Of a DNA stretch of 64,000 nt, positions 57,187 to 64,000 are shown one piece after another. A program made the position numbers and the translations under genes. Position 1 is the stretch's first letter, and the number at the start of each line of letters is the position of its first letter. A model generated the notes under the pieces. The model was not told where the DNA came from. It saw nothing but the letters and a program-made list of their open reading frames with translations, and ran no database searches. Source of the DNA: Candidatus Binatia bacterium (GTDB lineage Bacteria > Desulfobacterota > Binatia > HRBIN30); contig JBBRSP010000002.1 of NCBI GenBank assembly GCA_038245295.1, forward strand, positions 320,001-384,000, given 5' to 3'.

Positions 57187-58446
57187 GTGCTCGAATCATT
57201 GCTCGGGACAGTTGCGGTGCCGGCCGATCTGGCATCTGTCGAATCCGTGCGCCCCGGCGCCGAGATGGATCCGCGCCAGCTTGATCTGCCAGCCGACGCT
57301 GCGGACCGCATCTGGCAGGCGGCCCGCGCCGTCTACGGCACCGGTATCCATCCTGCCATTCAACTCAGCGTGCGCCGCAGCGGTCAGGTCCTGGTCGACC
57401 GCGCCATCGGCCATGCCGCCGGCAACGAGCCCGGAGCCGACCCCGACGCCCCGAAAGTTCTGGTAACCCCCGACACGCCGTTCAACCTGTTCTCTGCCTC
57501 GAAGGCGGTGACCGCCATGGTCATCCATCTTCTCGACCAGCGCCACCTGCTGCGTGTCGCCGATCCGGTATGTGAGTACATCCCCGAGTTTGCCCGCCAC
57601 AACAAGCAATGGATCACGATCCGGCACCTGCTGGCGCACCGGGCCGGCATTCCCAATCTGCCGCCCCAGGGAATGCGGGTCGAGAACCTGCGCGACCCTA
57701 AGGCCATTGTTGAAATCATGTGTGACCTCAAGCCGTCGCATCGCGCCGGACGTAACCTGGCGTACCACGCGATCACCGGCGGCTTCATTCTGGGTGAAAT
57801 TGTCGAGCGTGTGACCGGGATGTCGTTGCGCGCCTTCATGACCCGCGAGTTTCGTAAACCCTTCGGATTCCGTTGGATGAACTATGGCGTGGGCAAGCGC
57901 GACGTCGGGCGGATCGCGCGCAACGTGCAGACGGGCCCGGCGCCCTTCCCACCGTTTTCGACACTCCTACAGGGGGCGATCGGCGTACCCTTCGGCGAGG
58001 TTGTGGATGTTTCCAACGATCCCGGGTTTCTGACCTCGGTGGTACCGTCGGGCAACCTGATCGCCACGGCCGACGAAATCGCCCGCTTCTATCAGATGCT
58101 TCTGGACGGCGGCGAATGGAAAGGCTTGCAGATCTACGACCCCCGGACCGTGCGCCGGGCGCGCATGGAAGAAGCCTACATGGAGATCGATCGGGTCCTT
58201 GGATTGCCGCTGCGTTACTCGATGGGCTTCATGCTGGGGCACGACTGGTTCAGCGTCTACGGGCCGGACACCAGGCACGCCTTTGGCCATGTTGGCTTTA
58301 CGAACATCGTCACCTGGGCCGACCCGTCGCGCGATCTCGTCGTGGCGTTTCTCACCAACGGCAAGCCCCTCGTCTACCCGCAGCTCTACTATTTATGGAG
58401 CCTGTTCCGCGAAATCGGCAGCGTGTGCGGCAAGACGGGACGCTAG
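57187..58446 (+). CDS. Serine hydrolase, beta-lactamase family (LipE-like)
   Basis: FSASK, LLAHRAG, AYH, FGHVG. Confidence 0.88.
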   Translation: MLESLLGTVAVPADLASVESVRPGAEMDPRQLDLPADAADRIWQAARAVYGTGIHPAIQLSVRRSGQVLVDRAIGHAAGNEPGADPDAPKVLVTPDTPFNLFSASKAVTAMVIHLLDQRHLLRVADPVCEYIPEFARHNKQWITIRHLLAHRAGIPNLPPQGMRVENLRDPKAIVEIMCDLKPSHRAGRNLAYHAITGGFILGEIVERVTGMSLRAFMTREFRKPFGFRWMNYGVGKRDVGRIARNVQTGPAPFPPFSTLLQGAIGVPFGEVVDVSNDPGFLTSVVPSGNLIATADEIARFYQMLLDGGEWKGLQIYDPRTVRRARMEEAYMEIDRVLGLPLRYSMGFMLGHDWFSVYGPDTRHAFGHVGFTNIVTWADPSRDLVVAFLTNGKPLVYPQLYYLWSLFREIGSVCGKTGR

Positions 58447-58544
58447 AAATCGACACTTCTCGACGCGCGGTGACACAGATCGGGGCTTGCCCCGTTGCGG
58501 TGCGCATCCGGCAGTTGTAAGTAGACGCTCCAGTTTCTTGGCAT

Positions 58545-58634
58545 GGAGAGGTGGCCGAGTGGTCGAAGGCGCACGCCTGCTAAGTGTGTGTAGGGCTTAA
58601 CACTCTACCGAGGGTTCGAATCCCTCCCTCTCCG
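58545..58634 (+). tRNA. tRNA-Ser(GCT); CCA not encoded
   Basis: GGAGAGG/CCTCTCC acceptor stem, anticodon arm CACGC-CT-GCT-AA-GTGTG, long variable arm, GGTTCGAATCC, discriminator G. Confidence 0.96.
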
Positions 58635-58651
58635 TCACTTTTCGACCAGAT

Positions 58652-59032
58652 TCACGCGCCACACTTGGCTTCACACAAGCTGTTGGCGCCGGTGGCAACG
58701 TGGCCTCCTTTGCTCACACATTTCTCCGCCGTGGTCAGCTTCTTACGGTTGCTCTTGGTGCAGCAGACGACTTCGTTGGCCTTGCCGCAGACCGAGCTGT
58801 TGGCGCATTTGGCCAGCTTGCGCAGGTCCTTCGGAGCGCAGCCCTGCGCCTTCAGGCCGCGTAACTGCGTGCTGACACATTTCATAAACTGACCGTGTTT
58901 ACTCGACTGGCCGCAGGGGCATGCTTGGGAAACCGCTGCCTGCGGGTCGGCAGGGCAGGTCGCCGCGGCCGGTTGCACGGTTGCAAGCCCGAAAAGAACC
59001 AAACCAAGCGTCAACATCAGGGTGCGCATCAT
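58652..59032 (-). CDS. Small secreted Cys-rich protein (12 Cys)
   Basis: GGAGGA RBS, signal peptide ending PAAA; mature region about 100 aa and Lys-rich. Confidence 0.8.
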   Translation of the reverse strand: MMRTLMLTLGLVLFGLATVQPAAATCPADPQAAVSQACPCGQSSKHGQFMKCVSTQLRGLKAQGCAPKDLRKLAKCANSSVCGKANEVVCCTKSNRKKLTTAEKCVSKGGHVATGANSLCEAKCGA

Positions 59033-59080
59033 GGGAATCTCTCCTCCTGGGTCTAGTTTCTCCGCTATGCCACCGCGTTG

Positions 59081-59096
59081 CGCAAGCACCTGGCCG
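59081..59096 (-). promoter_or_regulatory. Putative sigma54 promoter
   Basis: CGGCCA-GGTGC-TTGCG about 50 bp upstream of the ATG. Confidence 0.45.
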
Positions 59097-59277
59097 CCAC
59101 CAGACGGAGATTTCCAGCGGCGGGGCGGTCACAGAATGACGCAAAAGTTGTAAATTATCGCAATCCGAGATATGAGCCACGCACGTCTGCGACAAACCTG
59201 GACCGTCGTGGTTTTTGGCTGATCGGACCGCGGTTCGGGCCTAGTATGGGTGTCGGCGGGGAGGTCTATCAGGAGGC

Positions 59278-59772
59278 ATGCCCAACCGGGCGTTCATTGG
59301 GATCGGATCGAACCTGGGAGATCGAAAAGCCAATTTTTTTGAGGCGATAGATCGAATCCAGAAGATTCCTAAATCCCGGCTGACCAAGCAATCGTCGTTG
59401 TACGAGAGCGAGCCGCATGGCGACGCCAAGACGTGGTTCGTCAACGGTGTCGTCGAGATCGAGATCGAAAGCAGTCCGGACGATCTGTTGAAACAGCTGA
59501 AGGCGATCGAGGAATCGATGGGCCGCAAGCGCGTCAGCGGCAAACGTTGGGGCTCCCGGATCATCGATCTCGACATCATTATGTACAACAACGACGTCGT
59601 CGAGAAACGCACCTTGAAGGTTCCACACGCCGAGATGGCCAATCGACGCTTCGTCCTGTCGCCGCTGGCCGAATTGGCGCCGCACATGGTTCACCCGAAG
59701 CTGGGTATCACGATTTCGGAGATGGTGGCCGGCACCAAGGATAGGAAAAAGATCCATCTCTTTCGCGACTGA
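59278..59772 (+). CDS. folK: 2-amino-4-hydroxy-6-hydroxymethyldihydropteridine diphosphokinase
   Basis: IGIGSNLGD, SSLYESEP, FVNGV, RWGSRIIDLDI, VPH...RRFVL. Confidence 0.96.
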   Translation: MPNRAFIGIGSNLGDRKANFFEAIDRIQKIPKSRLTKQSSLYESEPHGDAKTWFVNGVVEIEIESSPDDLLKQLKAIEESMGRKRVSGKRWGSRIIDLDIIMYNNDVVEKRTLKVPHAEMANRRFVLSPLAELAPHMVHPKLGITISEMVAGTKDRKKIHLFRD

Positions 59773-59905
59773 GCTCGCTGATGATTGGCACGGCGGTGCC
59801 TCATCATCGTCTGCGTGACAGGTTTAGGAGGGCAGATCGAGGCAGGGATTTTCCAGGCTCGGAGTAGTTGAGCCGGGCACAACGTCTGCACCGTTTTCTG
59901 CACAT

Positions 59906-60058
59906 ATGCTCCGACGTTCGGTGAAGAAACATCCCGAAGAGCATCGGGAGCCCGGGGCGCAAGGGCCTCCGGCAAACGGCTTCGTCGTGCCGATGTGGGT
60001 CATCGCCCTTCTAGTCTGCGCGTTCTGCGTTCTCGTTTCGATCCCAGCGTTTTTCTGA
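59906..60058 (+). CDS. Putative 50-aa tail-anchored membrane protein (not in ORF track)
   Basis: MLRRSVKKHPEEHREPGAQGPPANGFVVPMWVIALLVCAFCVLVSIPAFF; GGGCAC-AACGT-CTGCA at 59875-59890. Confidence 0.45.
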   Translation: MLRRSVKKHPEEHREPGAQGPPANGFVVPMWVIALLVCAFCVLVSIPAFF

Positions 60059-60133
60059 ATTTCCTTCCCGGGTCCTGTCCTACGTTCGGGGAACAAGAAG
60101 TGGTGCGAAAGACCGTCCGAGCGACTTGCGGCG

Positions 60134-60162
60134 TTGACGCCCCGCTGCGAGGGTCGTAGGAT
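60134..60162 (+). promoter_or_regulatory. Sigma70 promoter
   Basis: TTGACG-17nt-TAGGAT, 12 nt before the ATG at 60175 (near-leaderless). Confidence 0.6.
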
Positions 60163-60174
60163 CGTCGAACTGCT

Positions 60175-60717
60175 ATGAAACATTGGTTTGCACTTTCCGC
60201 CATTGGGCCTGATCGCCCTGGAATTGTCGCCGATCTCGCCGAGCTGATCTTCGAGTGTGACTGCAATCTCGAAGACTCGAGCATGACGATCCTCGGCAAC
60301 GAATTTGCCGTCTTATTGTTGCTGACCGGCGAAGGACCAGAAATCGAGCGTCGCTTGTCTTCGGCGTGTAAACGCCTCGAGTGGGAGAAGCGCATCACCG
60401 TCTTCTTTCGGCCCTTGGATCGTGAGCCCCTTTCCTATGCTGCCGCCGAACATGCTCGGCCGTATCAAGTGCAGGCGGTTGGTGTCGACAAGGCGGGCCT
60501 CGTCGCCAAAGTCGCACGTTGTCTTGCCGACCACCGCGCCAGCATCACGCACATGTCGACTCAATCGCGCCCGGAGCCGCTCAGCGGCACACCGATGTAC
60601 AACATGAACATTCGCCTGGCCGTTCCGGAGACCGCCGACCTGGCGGTTCTACAGAGCGACCTCGACGCAGTGGCGGCGTCCCTGCACATCGAGTTGACTC
60701 TTTCCGAAGCGGAGTAA
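60175..60717 (+). CDS. GcvR-like tandem ACT domain protein
   Basis: AIGPDRPGIV...CNLEDSSM...FA; second ACT GVDKAGLV. Confidence 0.88.
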   Translation: MKHWFALSAIGPDRPGIVADLAELIFECDCNLEDSSMTILGNEFAVLLLLTGEGPEIERRLSSACKRLEWEKRITVFFRPLDREPLSYAAAEHARPYQVQAVGVDKAGLVAKVARCLADHRASITHMSTQSRPEPLSGTPMYNMNIRLAVPETADLAVLQSDLDAVAASLHIELTLSEAE

Positions 60718-60732
60718 GACAGGAGGATTGCA

Positions 60733-60927
60733 ATGTTTGGTCTTGGTATTCCGGAGCTCGTCGTCATCTTGGTCATTGCGCTAGTCATCTTTGGTCCGGG
60801 CAAACTGCCGGAGATCGGCGGCGCCCTCGGCAAAGGCATCCGCGACTTCAAGAAGGGCTTCGAGGGCGGCGAAGAGGATCCCAAAAAGGTTGAAGAGGGC
60901 GCCAGCTCGAAGCCCGACAAGGAATGA
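60733..60927 (+). CDS. tatA: Twin-arginine translocase TatA/E subunit
   Basis: [34 protein letters not shown]. Confidence 0.95.
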   Translation: MFGLGIPELVVILVIALVIFGPGKLPEIGGALGKGIRDFKKGFEGGEEDPKKVEEGASSKPDKE

Positions 60928-60970
60928 ACCGGCGGCCGCATGAGCGGGCTTTGCACGCGAATTCGTATCG

Positions 60971-61063
60971 CAGCACGCCGCAAGCTGAAGCCTGCGCCTA
61001 CCGCTCTGAATTCGCAGGCGGAATCGAAACTGGTAGGCGCAGGCTTCAGCTTGCGGCGTGCTG
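60971..61063. repeat. REPIN: two GTAG REPs as 32-bp perfect inverted repeats
   Basis: CAGCACGCCGCAAGCTGAAGCCTGCGCCTACC (60971-61002) and its reverse complement (61032-61063). Confidence 0.9.
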
Positions 61064-61127
61064 AGCGCAGCCTGACCGTTGATTTTATGTGCAAAGGCGC
61101 ATGACGTCGACCGCCTCTAGTCGATAA

Positions 61128-61640
61128 ATGCCGCCGTCCGTGCTTCCTACGCCCCTTGCCGCGCTCTGTCTCCCACTCAACGCGCGCAGCTATCGCGCCT
61201 CTTCCTGGGATCGCAGCGGTGGCAACCGCGACTTGATCGTCGTCGGTCCTGGTGAAACGAAAGTATTGCTCGACGTCGCCGGACCCGGCTGCGTCACCCA
61301 ATTCTACTGTGCCCTGGCCTTCCCGGCTTTGAACGATTACCGCGACGCCATCCTACGCTGCTTCTGGGATGACGAACCGGCGCCGTCGGTCGAAGTGCCG
61401 CTCGGCGATTTCTTCTGCCTGTCGCATGCACGAACGCGTCCGCTTTCGAGTGCCATCGTCAATGTCCATCCCGGCGTCGGCGCGTCGTATGGACTCAGCG
61501 CCTACTTCGCGATGCCGTTCGCGTCGCGCGCGCTGATCACCCTGGAGCACCACGGCACGAGCCTGCTGGCTTTCTACGCCGGTCGCTTTGAAGAGTTTCT
61601 TCGGCAGGCCAGTGAGCTGGCCGGCACGAAGCAGACTTAG
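61128..61640 (+). pseudogene. Truncated DUF2961 (GH172-like) gene
   Basis: SSWDRSGGN.D, GPGCVT, LRCFWDDE..PSVEVPLGDFF, YFAMPF; similarity stops near 61556 and the C-terminal half is missing. Confidence 0.7.
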
Positions 61641-61683
61641 TACTGTTCGGCACAGGTACCGTGACGTATCCGCAACCGCCCTC

Positions 61684-61753
61684 CGCAGGCTTCAGCCTGC
61701 GGTCCGATCAGCTCAGCCGGGTAGGCGCAGGCTTCAGCCTGCGGTCCGGTCAG
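61684..61753 (+). repeat. Tandem direct GTAG-type REPs
   Basis: CGCAGGCTTCAGCCTGCGGTCCG(A/G)TCAG at 61684 and 61726. Confidence 0.85.
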
Positions 61754-61806
61754 GCAATGCTTCCGAACCGCTGCGAAATACGTCGCCGAACTTATGAATG
61801 GAGTAC

Positions 61807-62991
61807 TCAGCCGCGCGGCAAACCGAGCAGTCGCTGCGCGATGATGTTGCGCTGCACTTCCGACGTCCCCGACGCGATGGTCATCGCACGCGCCATCAAC
61901 CAGCTGTACTGCCAGATCCCTTCGTCGACGACGTGTGGCGTGCCGCGCCAGAGTTGCGCAAACGGTCCCTGCGCATTGAGGCCGACATCGTCCAGCCGCT
62001 GCACCATTTCACTGCCATAGAGTTTTAGGATGGAGACATCGCTGCCGGGGCGTCCTTGCTCCAGGTCGCTCATCACCTTGGCACAGTGGAAACCCATGAT
62101 CTCCACCTCGGCGTGAAACTGAGCGTACTGCTGGCGCGCGATCGGATTGGACAGGCGGCCCGACTCGGCGAGTTGATGTCGCAGCCGCTTCAAGTCGGCC
62201 TGTCGTCGCACGTGATCGACGAGGAGAAGCGTGCCGCGCTCGTGACCTAGCGCCGTCATGATCACTTCCCAGCCGCGGTCAACTTCACCGACGACGCTAT
62301 CGAGGGGCACGCGAGCGTTATCCAGGAACACTTCGTTGAAATCGGTTTCACCGGTGATCTCGCGCAACGGCCGCACGGTGATTCCCGGCGTGCGCAACGG
62401 CACAATCATGCAACTGATGCCCTTGTGCGGCGCGACTTTTGAGTTCGTGCGCACCAAGAACATGCAGTAGTTGGCCTGGTTGGCGTAGGTCGTCCAGACC
62501 TTCTGTCCGTTCAACACCCAGTGATCGCCGTCGCGCTCGGCACGCGTCCGCAACGAGGCTAGATCAGAGCCGGCGTTGGGCTCCGAGAAGCCGAGACACC
62601 ACACCTCGTCGGCGCTCAGTAACTTGGGAAGATAGCGCTGCTTCAGTTCGGCATTGCCGTAGACCAGCAGCGTAGGGCCGAAGATGCTGAGCGACGGTCC
62701 ATTGATCAGCGGCGGCGCTTCGGCGCGCACGAGCTCCTCGCTGACCGCCAGATGTTCGAGCAGCGACGCGTCACGTCCACCATACTCGCTGGGGTAGTGC
62801 ACGGCGACCCAGCGCGCCTCGTAGAGGCGTCGTTGCCAGGCTTTCAGGAAGTCGATGCGCTCCGGTGTTGGGCCGTCGGGACCGTGTTCCTGCAGGCGCT
62901 TCCAGTGCGCGCGATCGGGGAGATTATCCTTCAGCCACAACGCGAATTCGCGTCGCAGACTCTCGAGAGATGCCGAGGGAGTGAAGTCCAT
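61807..62991 (-). CDS. Acyl-CoA dehydrogenase family protein
   Basis: WCLGFSEPNAGSDLASL, NGQKVWT, FNEVF, IASGTSEVQRNII. Confidence 0.94.
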   Translation of the reverse strand: MDFTPSASLESLRREFALWLKDNLPDRAHWKRLQEHGPDGPTPERIDFLKAWQRRLYEARWVAVHYPSEYGGRDASLLEHLAVSEELVRAEAPPLINGPSLSIFGPTLLVYGNAELKQRYLPKLLSADEVWCLGFSEPNAGSDLASLRTRAERDGDHWVLNGQKVWTTYANQANYCMFLVRTNSKVAPHKGISCMIVPLRTPGITVRPLREITGETDFNEVFLDNARVPLDSVVGEVDRGWEVIMTALGHERGTLLLVDHVRRQADLKRLRHQLAESGRLSNPIARQQYAQFHAEVEIMGFHCAKVMSDLEQGRPGSDVSILKLYGSEMVQRLDDVGLNAQGPFAQLWRGTPHVVDEGIWQYSWLMARAMTIASGTSEVQRNIIAQRLLGLPRG

Positions 62992-63089
62992 GATGAGATG
63001 CGGGACGAATTCAATCGATCGATTGACGCGACTTAGGGGAAGTGTTAGCCGAAGTCAAACTCTCATTTCACTCTCGGAGGACACGAACG

Positions 63090-63992
63090 ATGCTGCTGCA
63101 AGGAAAGGTAGCCGTGGTCACCGGCTCGGGCCGCGGTGTGGGTCGAGGCATTGCTCTCGCGCTCGCCAAAGAAGGCGCCAAGGTCGTGATCAACGACGTC
63201 GGTTGCGGGATTGATGGGCAAGGCACGGCCGAAGATCCGGCGCATCAAGTCGTGGAAGACATCAAGAAGCTCGGCGGCGAAGCGGTCGCCAACTATGACT
63301 CGGTGTCCGATTTCAAGGCCGCCGGGAACATCATCCAGACCGCCGTGAAGAGCTTCGGACGCCTCGACATCCTCGTCAACAACGCCGGGATCCTGCGCGA
63401 CAAGACCATCGTCAAGATGGAGGAGTCGGATTTCGATGCCGTGATCGGCGTCCATCTCAAGGGCACGTGGAACTGCGGCCGGCACGCCATTCCTCTGATG
63501 CGCGAGCAAGGCTTCGGACGCGTCATCAACATCACCTCGAGCGCCGGCCTGCGCGGCAACTTTGGTCAGAGCAACTACGGCGCCGCCAAGGCCGGCATCT
63601 TCGGCCTGACGCTGTGCTGGGCCCTGGAGTGCGCCAAATACAACATCACGGTCAACGCCATGTCGCCGGCGGGTCTAACCCGGATGGTCGGTACAATGCC
63701 TGGGTACGACATCAAGGAACCGCCACCGGAGATGCATCCCGATTTGAACGGTCCAATGGTTGCCTACCTCGCGTCAGAAAATGCTGCCAAGGTGAACGGC
63801 CAGGTCTTCGGCCGCCGCGGGTTTGGTTACACGATCTTCCAGCAGCTTCGTCCCGTGGCGATGATGTACCAACCCGGTGGCCTGTCGCCGGCCGACATCG
63901 CCAAGAACTTCGATGGCGTCTTCGCCGAACATCTGCAGCCGATCGGCATCCCGCAGATGCGTCGCGAGGAGAAGAAGGAAGAGAAGAAGTAG
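63090..63992 (+). CDS. Short-chain dehydrogenase/reductase
   Basis: GGAGG RBS; TGSGRGVG, VNNAG, NYGAAK. Confidence 0.93.
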   Translation: MLLQGKVAVVTGSGRGVGRGIALALAKEGAKVVINDVGCGIDGQGTAEDPAHQVVEDIKKLGGEAVANYDSVSDFKAAGNIIQTAVKSFGRLDILVNNAGILRDKTIVKMEESDFDAVIGVHLKGTWNCGRHAIPLMREQGFGRVINITSSAGLRGNFGQSNYGAAKAGIFGLTLCWALECAKYNITVNAMSPAGLTRMVGTMPGYDIKEPPPEMHPDLNGPMVAYLASENAAKVNGQVFGRRGFGYTIFQQLRPVAMMYQPGGLSPADIAKNFDGVFAEHLQPIGIPQMRREEKKEEKK

Positions 63993-64000
63993 GCTCGTCG

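Noticed and set aside
58545..59032. tRNA-Ser as an integration site for an island
   Set aside because: No integrase and no duplicated tRNA 3' end seen; folK follows closely
59786..59800. TGGCACGGCGGTGCC as a sigma54 promoter
   Set aside because: GG-GC spacing is one base short; it is part of a hairpin after folK
61684..61753. Direct repeats as a mini-CRISPR
   Set aside because: Only two units with a 14-bp spacer, identical to the dispersed REP family; no cas genes

Overview
GC-rich bacterial chromosome segment with about 50 CDSs and one tRNA-Ser(GCT); no rRNA, CRISPR array, prophage or intact transposase was seen. The secreted proteins with Thr/Pro linkers, Cys-rich repeats and 'GDCxGDGxVTIDEL' dockerin-like tags suggest a deltaproteobacteria-like lineage such as Candidatus Binatia (inference, not tested). 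Housekeeping or metabolic genes: comEC, rnhB, a SNF2 helicase, beta-carbonic anhydrase, ilvB, dusB, folK, tatA, SDRs and an acyl-CoA dehydrogenase. Most notable observations: (1) a secreted 663-aa protein that appears to carry the full CuH/CuM ligand set of PHM/DbH-type copper monooxygenases, fused to an N-terminal c-type cytochrome-like domain and a dockerin-like insert; (2) a dense set of sigma54 (-24/-12) promoter matches in front of envelope/secreted genes, next to a sigma54 two-component system, including two small ORFs missing from the ORF track; (3) an alpha-2-macroglobulin/pbpC operon led by a 1785-aa unknown protein; (4) an IS4-like MITE with TIRs, a TSD and a nested REP, a ~220-bp dispersed structured repeat and several REP families; (5) several gene remnants (Rhs/lnt junction, truncated DUF2961). 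All calls come from reading motifs by eye; no database searches were run.
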